41,752 bases of DNA from Candidatus Limnocylindrales bacterium (lineage in GTDB: Bacteria; Chloroflexota; Limnocylindria; Limnocylindrales; CSP1-4). A program made the translations under genes and the position numbers. Under the pieces are notes generated by a model that did not search any database, was not told the origin of the DNA, and was given only the letters and a program-made list of their open reading frames with translations. Where the stretch lies: contig DASVJA010000109.1 in NCBI GenBank assembly GCA_036386115.1, positions 1 through 41,752 on the forward strand. Direction: 5' to 3'. Below are positions 17,979 through 28,789 of this stretch, piece after piece. Within the stretch, counting starts at the first letter, position 1; the number at the start of each line of letters is the position of its first letter.

Positions 17979-18371
17979 TTATTCGCCCGGTTCCGGAACC
18001 GGCTTGTACCACTCCTCGTGGCCGGGGCGCTGACCCTGCGGGCCTACGTCGGCGCGAGTGTGAACTGGCTTGGAGTTCTTGGACATGGTCAGGCTCTTCT
18101 TGGAGCAGACCTCTACGCACACGTTGCAGCCGATGCAGGTGAGATGCTCGATGGCCCAGTAGCCGTTCTCGCGCGAGACGGTGATTGCGGCGGCAGGGCA
18201 GCGCCGGGCGCAGAGCATGCAGTAGTTGCACGTCTCCACGTTGTACTCGATGGTCCCGCGCGCGCCGTCGAAGCGCTCCCGGATCTCGTAGGGATAGCGC
18301 CGGGTCGCGGGCTTTGAGAAGAGGTTCTTCAGCGCCCGAGGCACCATTGGCAAGGTCAATGGGTTGGCCAT
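17979..18371 (-). CDS. echF: Ech-type hydrogenase 2x[4Fe-4S] ferredoxin subunit (EchF / NuoI-like)
   Basis: The ATG at 18371 gives 'MANPLTLPMVPRALKNLFSKPATRRYP'. Two CxxCxxCxxxCP motifs ('CNYCMLCARRCP', 'CIGCNVCVEVC'). It starts 1 nt after the echE stop. Confidence 0.88.
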   Translation of the reverse strand: MANPLTLPMVPRALKNLFSKPATRRYPYEIRERFDGARGTIEYNVETCNYCMLCARRCPAAAITVSRENGYWAIEHLTCIGCNVCVEVCSKKSLTMSKNSKPVHTRADVGPQGQRPGHEEWYKPVPEPGE

Positions 18372-18372
18372 C

Positions 18373-19458
18373 TCAGCGCTCCGTGCAACTGATACAGGGG
18401 TCGATGGTGAGGATGATGTTCGGCACATCCGCCAGGTCCGAGCCCTTGACGAGCTTGATCATGGCCGGGATGTTGGCGAAGGTTGGGGTGCGGGCCCGGA
18501 ACCGCTCCAGGTTCTTTGTTCCGTTGGCCTTGACGTAGTAGAGGACCTCACCGCGCGGCTGCTCGAGCCGCGTGAAGACTTCGCCCTGCGGGTTGCCGCG
18601 GGGACGGATCTCGAGGGCCTGATCGTCGCCCTTGGGCATCTTCTCGATGGCCTGCCTGATGATGTCGATCGACTGCTCGATCTCGCGCATCCGGACGACG
18701 ACTCGCGCCAGGCAGTCGCCGGCGGTCTCGACCATCGGCTCGAACTCGATGCGGTCGTAGTAGTTCTTGCCGGCAAGGCGGGTGTCCACGGCAAGGCCGG
18801 AGGCTCGAGCCATCGGGCCGACACAATCCACTGCCGCGGCGTCCTCCATGGAGAGGATGCCGACGCCGCCGAGCCGGTGGTTGATCGAAGGATCGGTTCC
18901 GAAGACGTGGGCCGTCTTCTTGAATTCCTTGCCGAGGTCCTGAAGCTGCACCAGGATCGCGGCCAGCTCCGTGTCGCTCATGTCGCGCTTTACGCCGCCG
19001 ATGCGGTTGACCGAATGGATGATCCGCCCGCCGGTGGTCTTCTCGAAGATGTCGAGGATCTCCTCGCGCATCCGCCAGCAGTGCATGAACAGGTTCTCGA
19101 AGCCGAAAGCATCCGCGCCCAGACCCAGCCAGAGCAGGTGGCTCTGAATCCGGGAGATCTCCGCCCAGATCAGGCGCAGCCAGGCGGCCCGCTCGGGGAT
19201 CTCCACTCCCATGATGCTTTCCAGCGAGACGCAGTAGCCCATGCCGTGCATAAAGCTGCAGATGCCGCAGATGCGCTCCACTACGAAGCCCATCTCTGTG
19301 TACTCAACCCGCTCCACCATCATCTCAAGGCCGCGGTGGATGTAGCCGATCGTGGGGATCGCGTCGACGACCTTCTCGTCCTGCAGGATCAGGTCCAGAA
19401 CCAGCGGCTCCGGCAGTACAGGATGCTGCGGCCCGAACGGAACGACGGTCGTCTTCAT
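18373..19458 (-). CDS. echE: Group 4 [NiFe]-hydrogenase large (catalytic) subunit (EchE / NuoD-like)
   Basis: 361 aa. The N-terminal Ni-Fe ligand motif 'RICGICSFMH' and the C-terminal 'DPCISCTER' are both present. The protein terminates exactly at the Arg of DPCxxCxxR. Confidence 0.95.
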   Translation of the reverse strand: MKTTVVPFGPQHPVLPEPLVLDLILQDEKVVDAIPTIGYIHRGLEMMVERVEYTEMGFVVERICGICSFMHGMGYCVSLESIMGVEIPERAAWLRLIWAEISRIQSHLLWLGLGADAFGFENLFMHCWRMREEILDIFEKTTGGRIIHSVNRIGGVKRDMSDTELAAILVQLQDLGKEFKKTAHVFGTDPSINHRLGGVGILSMEDAAAVDCVGPMARASGLAVDTRLAGKNYYDRIEFEPMVETAGDCLARVVVRMREIEQSIDIIRQAIEKMPKGDDQALEIRPRGNPQGEVFTRLEQPRGEVLYYVKANGTKNLERFRARTPTFANIPAMIKLVKGSDLADVPNIILTIDPCISCTER

Positions 19459-19964
19459 GCGTTCTTCTCCGAAGCGGCGGTTGCAGCCGGGCCGGCCGCA
19501 CCGGCCGCCGGTGCCGTGGTGGCGGCGAGAGCCGCGGCGGCAGTTGCCGCAAGCCTCGCCTTGACCGCCTGGTGCGAGAACGGGATCTTGGTGGCCGTCT
19601 GATAAAGCTGACCCTGCAGGTCCAGGTTCAGGCCGGTCACGTTGATGCCGAACAGCTCGCGGATCTCGTTCTCGTAGAGAAACGCCGCGCCGAAGAACTC
19701 GGAGATGCTCGGAACCGCGTCGCCGACCGTGATCTGCTCGCGGATCAGCTCGAGGTCGCTGCCCTTGGCGAAGGCCCAGGCGATCTCGAAGACGCCGGGT
19801 GCCTCTGCCGCCGGCGTGGTCGGCTCGTCCGGATCTTCTTCGTTGGCCGCGGCGCCGTGCTTTGGCGCCGTCGGCGCCATCACGGTCGTCACATTGATCA
19901 GTGCCAGGCGCCAGCCGCCCTTCTGGTACTCGCCGACTTTGGCGAGGAACGTCGCGCTATCCAT
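19455..19964 (-). CDS. echD: Ech-type hydrogenase NuoC-like subunit (EchD)
   Basis: The ATG at 19964 gives 'MDSATFLAKV...'. NuoC-type motif 'FLYENEIRELFGINVTG'. It carries a P/A/E-rich insertion and an Ala-rich C-terminal tail. ATGA overlap with echE. Confidence 0.8.
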   Translation of the reverse strand: MDSATFLAKVGEYQKGGWRLALINVTTVMAPTAPKHGAAANEEDPDEPTTPAAEAPGVFEIAWAFAKGSDLELIREQITVGDAVPSISEFFGAAFLYENEIRELFGINVTGLNLDLQGQLYQTATKIPFSHQAVKARLAATAAAALAATTAPAAGAAGPAATAASEKNA

Positions 19965-20392
19965 CAAGCCGTCTTCTTCCGTTTCTCTTCGAGGGCGGCG
20001 ATGCCCTGCACGACTCCGTCGATGATGCTTTCCGGCCGGGCGGCGCAGCCGGGGACGTAGACGTCCACCGGGACCACCTTGTCGATCCCGCCCTGGATGT
20101 TGTAGGCGCGGGCGAAGATGCCGCCGGAGCAGGCACACGCGCCGACCGCGACGACGACCTTGGGATCGGGCATCTGGCGGTACAGGTTCTGAATGATTTC
20201 GATGTTCCGCTCGTTGACGGAGCCCGTCACGAGCAGGATGTCGGCGTGCTTGGGGTTGCCCGTGTTGAGCACCCCAAAGCGCTCGACGTCGTAGAGCGGC
20301 GTCAGGCAGGCCAGGACCTCGATATCGCAGCCGTTGCAGCTTGAGCCGTCGTAGTGGAGGATCCAGGGCGAGCGACTGAAGTTGGACATCAT
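19964..20392 (-). CDS. echC: Ech-type hydrogenase small subunit (EchC / NuoB-like, [4Fe-4S])
   Basis: The ATG at 20392 gives 'MMSNFSRSPWILHYDGSSCNGCDIEVLAC'. 'GACACSGG' and 'VPGCAARPE' are the NuoB/HycG-type cluster ligands. Confidence 0.92.
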   Translation of the reverse strand: MMSNFSRSPWILHYDGSSCNGCDIEVLACLTPLYDVERFGVLNTGNPKHADILLVTGSVNERNIEIIQNLYRQMPDPKVVVAVGACACSGGIFARAYNIQGGIDKVVPVDVYVPGCAARPESIIDGVVQGIAALEEKRKKTA

Positions 20393-20394
20393 GT

Positions 20395-21249
20395 CTACCT
20401 GGCTACAAGGAAGAGGACCAGGACGTTGCCTCCGGAGAAGAGGAGCGTCGCGATCCAGGTGGAGCGGAGCACGAGCTGCCACTTGATGCGTGAGGTGGAG
20501 TTGTCCACCAGGATTTCGAGGAAATAGGCGACGAGGAAGACCACGACGCCCAGGGCGATGCTCCAGTTGAAGAGCAGAACGACGAAGGTCGCAAGCAGGG
20601 CCGACTCGTACCAGTGGGCAAGCTCCACGTAGGCCAGCATTCGGCCGGACATGTCCGTTGTCAGGCCGCTGACCAGTTCCTGGTGCGGGTGATGGGAAGT
20701 GGAGATGTCAAAGGGCGACTTCCGCAGCTTGATCGTGGCCACCATCAGGAAAGCCAGGACCACGCCGGGGAGTTCAAGGGCCACCAGGTGGCTGGAGGCC
20801 ATTACGCCCGCAAAGCTGCTCTGGCCGGTGACTTTGCAGACCGCGGCCATCATCAGGATGAAGAATGGCTCCGAGGCCAGCATGACGATCAGTTCGCGCT
20901 CGGCGCCGGCGTTGGAGAAGGGCGAGTTGACCGACCCGGCGGCCAGCACCAGGAAGAGCGCCGAAAGGGCAAAGACGAAGGCGCAGAAGATGATGTCCGT
21001 CCCGCTCAGCAGCAGAAGCCCGGTGATGGCCATGAAGGCCACGTGTCCCAGGATCAGCGGCTCAACGACGGGGTTGACCTGACGGGCCTGCTTCTGGAGC
21101 AGCTTGCCGAAGTCGTAGAAGGGCTGGAGTAGGGGAGGCCCGACTCGGCCCTGCATTCGGGCGCTGATGATCCGGTCGAATCCGACCAGCAGCCCGCCGA
21201 AGATCGGGGCCAGGACTACGAAGAGAATTCCGGCGATCCAGGCAAACAT
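20395..21249 (-). CDS. echB: Ech-type hydrogenase integral membrane subunit (EchB / NuoH / HycD-like)
   Basis: 284 aa. 'RIISARMQGRVGPPLLQPFYDFGKLLQK' is the NuoH/HycD signature. About 8 TM helices. 1-nt overlap with echA (TGATG). Confidence 0.9.
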   Translation of the reverse strand: MFAWIAGILFVVLAPIFGGLLVGFDRIISARMQGRVGPPLLQPFYDFGKLLQKQARQVNPVVEPLILGHVAFMAITGLLLLSGTDIIFCAFVFALSALFLVLAAGSVNSPFSNAGAERELIVMLASEPFFILMMAAVCKVTGQSSFAGVMASSHLVALELPGVVLAFLMVATIKLRKSPFDISTSHHPHQELVSGLTTDMSGRMLAYVELAHWYESALLATFVVLLFNWSIALGVVVFLVAYFLEILVDNSTSRIKWQLVLRSTWIATLLFSGGNVLVLFLVAR

Positions 21250-23174
21250 CAGCGGACCACCATTCCAGTTACGACCATTGCGATGAGCACTCCCGCGCAG
21301 GTTGCCGTTCCGAGCCGGAAGATGAGCGACCCGTTGATTACGCCGTCCAGGTAGTAGCTACGCAGGCTCACGGTACGGGTGCCGCCCAGAGCGGCGCCCA
21401 TCACGTGTTGGGCGTTGGTGTTCCGGCCACTGGAGTAGAAGTCGGAGGTGTCATAGCTGCGGTGCGATGCCCAGATCGCGAGAAGCGGCAGGAAAAGGAC
21501 CGCGGCCAGCAGGACGACCAGCATTGCCGGCTCGATGTTGAGCAGCGTTCGCGGGGCTTGATTGAAGGCGCCGAGCGCCCACGGGCTGATGACCTTGTCC
21601 GAGATCGGCATGATCAGGGCCGTGAAGGCGAGGACGCCGATCGCGAGGGCGCTCTCGGTGAACCACTCATAGCGGGTAACGCGGCCCTCGATCGAGCGCT
21701 CGTACTCGCCGATGTTCTTCATGGAAAGAACCTTGATCAGCAGCTTGCCCCAGTAGAAGATCGTGAGCGAGCTGCCGAAGGCCATGATCAGGATCATTAC
21801 GGCGCCCTGACCGCCCGGCACGTTGAGGAAGGCCCGGATGGCCGCCCACTTGGCGATCACGATTCCGAACGGGGCGATGAACATGCCGGCCATGCCGACC
21901 AGCGCGAGAACGCTGACCCTGGGTAGGCGGCTCAGGAGAGTGTCGAAGTTCTCCATGTCCTTGGTGTAGAGCCGGTTTTCGATCGTGCCCACCACGAGGA
22001 AGAGGAGGCCCTTCGCCAGGGCGTGGAAGATGATGATCATCACGCCGACCCACATCAGTTCCGGTCCGCCCACGCCGGCGCAACCGACGACCAACCCCAG
22101 GCTGCCGATCGTTGAATAGGCCAGAACCTTCTTGGTGTTCTGCTCGGTGACTGCCACCAGCGAAACGAAGAGGAATGTCCCCAGGCCGACGAAGGCCACC
22201 AGATAGCCGACCGGGGTGGTGGCGATGGCCGGCGAAAGTCGCAGAAGAAGGAAGACGCCCGCCTTGACCATAGTGCTCGAGTGGAGCAGGGCCGAGGTGG
22301 GGGAGGGTGCGTACATGGCGCCGAGCAGCCACGAGCTGAACGGCATCTGGGCGCTCTTGGTTATGCCGGCGAGGCAGAGAAGCGCCACGGCGCCGAGCAG
22401 CACGCCCGAGGCAGTTCCCTTGGTCAGCTCGGAGAGCTCCAGGCTCTGGCCGTTGGTGGCGAGGATCGCGATCGCGATGCCGAACGCCAGGCCGCCGAGC
22501 AGGTTCATGTTGAGGGCTTTGAAGGCGTAGCCGATCGTCTCGTTGGTGCGGGTGTAGCCGATCAGCAGGAACGAGCAGAGGGTGGTGATCTCCCAGAAGA
22601 GCAGCATCATCGGCAGGCTGTTCGATGTGACCAGGCCGAACATGCCGGCGAGGAAGACGAACAGGAGCGAGAAGAAGACGTTGCGGCGACCCTTGATCAT
22701 CGGGCTGGCGCGGTGGTAGTCCCTCATGTAGCCGAGGGCGTTGATGCAGATCAGCGTCCCGATAATCCCGATGATCAGGACCATGATCATGGAGAGGCGG
22801 TCGAAGTAGAAGAGGCGCTGGGCGTCGATCTCCGGCATGCGGCCGGTCAGCTCCAGCCAGAGCGCGATGCCGAGCTGGACCAGCGCCATGGCCGGAGCGA
22901 GGAAGCGGCGGTTCGCCAGGCCGATCACCACGATGAACGAGGTCATCGCGATTTCGGCTGCCAGTAGCGCGTAGCCCGGCTCAATCCCGTTCGGGAGGCC
23001 GAAGAAGATGCCGTCGCCGTTGCCGAAGGTCACGACCGTGACGATCGAGGCGACGATGATGGATGCGCCGCCGAGCAGCACGAGCGGATTGCGAATGGAC
23101 GCCCGCGTCACGAGCAGCAGGACTGCGCCAAGCAGGAGCGGGAATGCGATCAGGAATGCAACGAGTGAGCTCAT
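21249..23174 (-). CDS. echA: Ech-type hydrogenase antiporter-like membrane subunit (EchA / NuoL-M-N / HycC-like)
   Basis: 641 aa, polytopic, with the Mrp/NuoL-type proton-conducting core ('FWEITTLCSFLLIGY', 'SSTMVKAGVFLLLR', 'AYSTIGSLG', 'IFHALAKGLLFL'). Confidence 0.9.
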   Translation of the reverse strand: MSSLVAFLIAFPLLLGAVLLLVTRASIRNPLVLLGGASIIVASIVTVVTFGNGDGIFFGLPNGIEPGYALLAAEIAMTSFIVVIGLANRRFLAPAMALVQLGIALWLELTGRMPEIDAQRLFYFDRLSMIMVLIIGIIGTLICINALGYMRDYHRASPMIKGRRNVFFSLLFVFLAGMFGLVTSNSLPMMLLFWEITTLCSFLLIGYTRTNETIGYAFKALNMNLLGGLAFGIAIAILATNGQSLELSELTKGTASGVLLGAVALLCLAGITKSAQMPFSSWLLGAMYAPSPTSALLHSSTMVKAGVFLLLRLSPAIATTPVGYLVAFVGLGTFLFVSLVAVTEQNTKKVLAYSTIGSLGLVVGCAGVGGPELMWVGVMIIIFHALAKGLLFLVVGTIENRLYTKDMENFDTLLSRLPRVSVLALVGMAGMFIAPFGIVIAKWAAIRAFLNVPGGQGAVMILIMAFGSSLTIFYWGKLLIKVLSMKNIGEYERSIEGRVTRYEWFTESALAIGVLAFTALIMPISDKVISPWALGAFNQAPRTLLNIEPAMLVVLLAAVLFLPLLAIWASHRSYDTSDFYSSGRNTNAQHVMGAALGGTRTVSLRSYYLDGVINGSLIFRLGTATCAGVLIAMVVTGMVVR

Positions 23175-23176
23175 GG

Positions 23177-23563
23177 TCAGTGGGCTCCCGGCAACAGATG
23201 ATCGACTTCGTAACTCAGGACGTCCGTGGAGACCGGCTTCTCCAGGTAGCGCTGGACCGGCAGCCAGCCGTCGCGGTCCTGCTTTGAACGTTCGCTGCGG
23301 GTGAAGTGCTCATCAGCGCGCGTCAGCATGATCAGCGGCAGAGTGGGGAAGTCCTTGGCGAGGGATCGGGCGAGGTCGAAGCCTGCATAGGCTCCGTCCA
23401 ACATGCCTTCCATCACGACGAGATCCGGGACCTCGCGGTGGATTAGTTCGGTGGCTTCGGCGGTTGTGGAGGCTGAGGCGACGGTATGACCGAGCGCCTG
23501 GAGGGCGGCGACGTTGCCGGATACCAGCTGGGTGTCGTCGTCCACGAGGAGGATGTGTGCCAT
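23177..23563 (-). CDS. Atypical stand-alone receiver-domain protein, first cistron of the ech operon
   Basis: 128 aa. 'ILLVDDD', 'LIMLT' and 'YLEKP' are conserved, but the acceptor position in 'PDLVVMEGML' reads Glu52 rather than Asp. The stop is 2 nt from the echA ATG. Confidence 0.8.
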   Translation of the reverse strand: MAHILLVDDDTQLVSGNVAALQALGHTVASASTTAEATELIHREVPDLVVMEGMLDGAYAGFDLARSLAKDFPTLPLIMLTRADEHFTRSERSKQDRDGWLPVQRYLEKPVSTDVLSYEVDHLLPGAH

Positions 23564-23637
23564 ACCCTCACTTTTCGGGTCAGCGCCGTTCCGTGACGTG
23601 GGAGCGGCGGGGATTGGTGGGCGCGCCTGCGGGCGTT

Positions 23638-23656
23638 CGTTTACGTGATTAGTAGC
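23638..23656. promoter_or_regulatory. Motif pair CGTTTACG (23638-23645) and ATTAGTAGC (23648-23656) in the ech/hyp divergent intergenic region
   Basis: These are reverse complements of the CGTAAACG and GCTACTAAT words found upstream of nfnA. They lie in the only AT-rich patch of the 230-nt intergenic region, about 75-93 nt upstream of the receiver/ech start codon. Confidence 0.35.
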
Positions 23657-23793
23657 TTATAGGTGGTACGACGGCTGGAGGCCCCGCGCTTTGGCCCTTA
23701 TGGCCGGGATATTCGGCCCTGCCCGTTTGGGACCACCCACTTTGAGAGGCGATTTGGGCGTCTTGCCTGACAAAAATGGGCTAGGATGCCGCC

Positions 23794-24141
23794 GTGCACG
23801 AGTTTTCCATAGCCGAGGCTCTCGCCGCCCAGGTGATCAAGTACGGTCCGGCCGGCGCCCGGGTCCGCGGCGTGGACATGAAGGTGGGTCCGCTTCGCGG
23901 CCTGGAGCCGGAGGCGATGGCGATGTCCTGGCAGGCCGTGACCATCGGAACAGCGCTGGAGGGCGCGGTTCTGACGATCGATCAGCTGCCCTGGACCATC
24001 ACGTGCTCCGTCTGCGGCCGGAGTTGGGAAAGCCGGGTTCCGTTCGTATCCTGTGAATGCGGCAACGAGACGCCGGCGCCGGTCGGCGGCGACGAGCTGG
24101 ATATCGTGTCGCTGACGATCGACGAAGAGGACGCTCCATGA
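23794..24141 (+). CDS. hypA: Hydrogenase nickel-insertion metallochaperone HypA
   Basis: A GTG start gives the N-terminal 'MHEFSIAEAL' Ni-binding motif. The Zn site is 'CSVC...CEC', so the second pair is CxC rather than CxxC. AGGA lies 7 nt upstream. Confidence 0.9.
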   Translation: MHEFSIAEALAAQVIKYGPAGARVRGVDMKVGPLRGLEPEAMAMSWQAVTIGTALEGAVLTIDQLPWTITCSVCGRSWESRVPFVSCECGNETPAPVGGDELDIVSLTIDEEDAP

Positions 24142-24851
24142 CCGAAGGCTCTCGGACGGTGAAGCTCCCGCTGGCGGAGCGGGTACTCGAAGCGAACGAC
24201 GAGATTGCGGGAGTGGTGCGCGCGGAATTGGCGCGCCGGCGGGTTTTTGCGATTGATTTGATCGGTGCGCCGGGGAGTGGCAAGACCGCGCTCCTGGAGG
24301 CGACTCTGCGGGCGTTGACCGAGGGCACCGCCGGTTCCGCCGCCGGCCGTCATCGCCCCGCGGTCCTCGTGGGCGACCTGACAACCCGCCGAGACGCCGA
24401 TCGCCTCTCCCGCTGGTGCGATCGAGTCGTGCAGATCTCTACCGGCGAGGGCTGTCACCTTGAAGCCGGTCAAGTGCGCGGCGCTCTCGAGGACGTGGAC
24501 ATGACCGGCGTGGACCTGCTCTTCATCGAGAACGTGGGCAACCTCATCTGCCCCGTCGGCTTCGACCTGGGTCAGAACGTCAAGGTCGGCCTGTTCAGCC
24601 TCACCGAAGGCGACGACAAGGCTGCCAAGCATCCCTACCTCGTGACCGCCGCAGACCTGATCCTGCTGAACAAGGTGGATCTCGCGCCGCATCTCACGTT
24701 CGACCGCGGGCTCTTCGAGGAGGACGTGAGGTTGCTCAACCCGAAGGTGCCGATGCTGGGGGTCTCGGCAACGACGGGCGAGGGCATAGGGGAGTGGCTG
24801 GAGTGGATCGAGTGGGGAATTGCGCGGACCCAGGGCGGAGCAGTCGCGTAG
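24138..24851 (+). CDS. hypB: Hydrogenase nickel-incorporation GTPase HypB
   Basis: ATGA overlap with hypA. P-loop 'GAPGSGKTALLE', metal-site motif 'ENVGNLICPVGFDLG' and 'LLNKVDL' (NKxD). There is no His-rich or CxxCGC N-terminal extension. Confidence 0.9.
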   Translation: MTEGSRTVKLPLAERVLEANDEIAGVVRAELARRRVFAIDLIGAPGSGKTALLEATLRALTEGTAGSAAGRHRPAVLVGDLTTRRDADRLSRWCDRVVQISTGEGCHLEAGQVRGALEDVDMTGVDLLFIENVGNLICPVGFDLGQNVKVGLFSLTEGDDKAAKHPYLVTAADLILLNKVDLAPHLTFDRGLFEEDVRLLNPKVPMLGVSATTGEGIGEWLEWIEWGIARTQGGAVA

Positions 24852-24980
24852 GTCGACACGATGGCATTCGTCCGTTTGGATGGCCTCCACTGAAGGCATA
24901 CTGAAGCAGTTCACTGTATGTACGGGTGGGACTCAGTCGCCTGCCCGCATCCATTAGCAGCCCTTATGAGGTCTTGTCCC

Positions 24981-25454
24981 ATGCGATCGCTGTCCGGCGC
25001 CATGCGGCTCCGCGTCGCCACCCTCGCCGTCGCGCTGTTCGTTGCCGTTACGGCCGCGGGCTGCTCGGCATCGATCACTATCGGCGCCACCGATGCGCCG
25101 ACTCAGGTTCCCGGAAACATTACGTTCGGAACCTCGCTGGATTCGAAGACGTGGGTTGTGTCCGGCGCCAGTACGACATTCAAGACGACCGACACGATCG
25201 GCTGGGCTGCGCGCCTGACCGACTCGGCCAAGAGCAGCACGCTTACGCTTACGCTCGCCACCGTCGATTCGAGCGGCACTGAGACTGTCGTGGATACCGA
25301 AACGGTGAACGTTACCGACCAGACCGACGATATCTTCGGCCACATTCCTGACACTGCACTCGGTGCGCTGGGAGCCGGAACCTACAAGATGCGTTACACG
25401 CGGCCGAGCGACGGCACGGTCCTGGCAACCGGCACGGTGACGATTACTGCCTAA
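24981..25454 (+). CDS. Hypothetical lipoprotein
   Basis: 'MRSLSGAMRLRVATLAVALFVAVTAAG|CSAS' is a signal peptide plus lipobox. The mature domain is T/S-rich and beta-like. Start is ambiguous (ATG 24966, 24981 or 25002). Confidence 0.55.
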   Translation: MRSLSGAMRLRVATLAVALFVAVTAAGCSASITIGATDAPTQVPGNITFGTSLDSKTWVVSGASTTFKTTDTIGWAARLTDSAKSSTLTLTLATVDSSGTETVVDTETVNVTDQTDDIFGHIPDTALGALGAGTYKMRYTRPSDGTVLATGTVTITA

Positions 25455-25464
25455 GAGGGTGCAA

Positions 25465-25496
25465 GGGGGGCCGCGTCAAGCGGGACGCGGCCCTCC
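25465..25496 (+). terminator. Hairpin after the lipoprotein gene
   Basis: GGGGGGCCGCGTC-aagcgg-GACGCGGCCCTCC forms a 13-bp stem (one G-U) with a 6-nt loop, followed by 'tgaaatcgatt'. Confidence 0.5.
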
Positions 25497-25749
25497 TGAA
25501 ATCGATTGGACCTGTGGTGGCCGGTGCTGCGCTGTCCGGGTGGACGGACGCGAGGCGCCGGTCCCGCACTTTCGGGCCGAATGGCCGCCCTTGCCGGGAC
25601 CGATAGACTTAGCGGCGGTGCCGGTCGGCAGCGAGGGCTGTGGTTCCGCACCTGTACAATCTCACGGACAAAGTGCGAACCCGTCGCTCGGGCGCCTCCC
25701 CGCAGCCCGCGACGCGACAAGCTCCCCACATCAAGGAGAGAGATACCCC

Positions 25750-28506
<2,757 letters not shown>

Positions 28507-28527
28507 CCTCGGTTACTCGCAGAAACG

Positions 28528-28561
28528 CAGAACGCCCGGCGCCAAACTGCCGGGCGTTCTG
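28528..28561 (+). terminator. ppdK terminator hairpin
   Basis: CAGAACGCCCGGC-gccaaact-GCCGGGCGTTCTG is a perfect 13-bp stem with an 8-nt loop, 22 nt after the stop. The U-tract is weak ('attcc'). Confidence 0.6.
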
Positions 28562-28588
28562 ATTCCAGGCTCTGGCGTCGCTATCGAG

Positions 28589-28789
28589 TCAGCGCGGAGG
28601 CTTTGATCGCTGTGGCGGCGTCAGGGCGGGCGTAGCGACGACGGTTACGTCGGCCTCGTCGTATGCCGTAACTTCGCATTCGCCATAGACGGTAACGCGG
28701 CTGTGATCAAAGGCGACGATTCGGCAGGGCGCCCGCTTCGGCGGCGCCTCGAAAGTCTCGCGGGCTTCGGAGCCGGACACCTCGATCAT
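28589..28789 (-). CDS. Candidate 66-aa ORF translationally coupled to the MerR-family gene
   Basis: Its ATG at 28789 overlaps the TGA of the MerR gene (ATGA). The peptide 'MIEVSGSEARETFEAPPKRAPCRIVAFDHSRVTVYGECEVTAYDEADVTVVATP...' has alternating beta-strand-like repeats. No homolog recognised. Confidence 0.3.
   Translation of the reverse strand: MIEVSGSEARETFEAPPKRAPCRIVAFDHSRVTVYGECEVTAYDEADVTVVATPALTPPQRSKPPR

Noticed and set aside
18364-19602. 412-aa ORF antisense to echE/echD
   Set aside because: It is a shadow ORF. The minus strand carries the Ni-Fe ligand motifs (RICGICS, DPCISC).
23660-23675. 'AGGTGGTACGACGG', which resembles the T-box core (AGGGUGGUACCGCG)
   Set aside because: It is in the wrong context (a hydrogenase/hyp intergenic region) with no Stem I or specifier features around it. 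It is most likely a chance 8-mer match.
23762-23793. Leaderless-mRNA promoter reading (TAGGAT as the -10 element, 6 nt before the hypA GTG)
   Set aside because: The same AGGA, 7 nt upstream of the GTG, is more simply a Shine-Dalgarno. No properly spaced -35 element is present.
23982-24914. 310-aa ORF antisense to hypA/hypB
   Set aside because: The sense strand has HypB P-loop, CH-motif and NKxD motifs. The antisense product has no features.
25459-25749. 97-codon N-terminal extension of the ppdK ORF, plus antisense ORFs 25609-26739 and 27088-28497
   Set aside because: The ATG at 25750 has a strong AAGGAGAG SD, and the conserved PPDK N-terminus begins there. The extension and the antisense frames are compositional artefacts.
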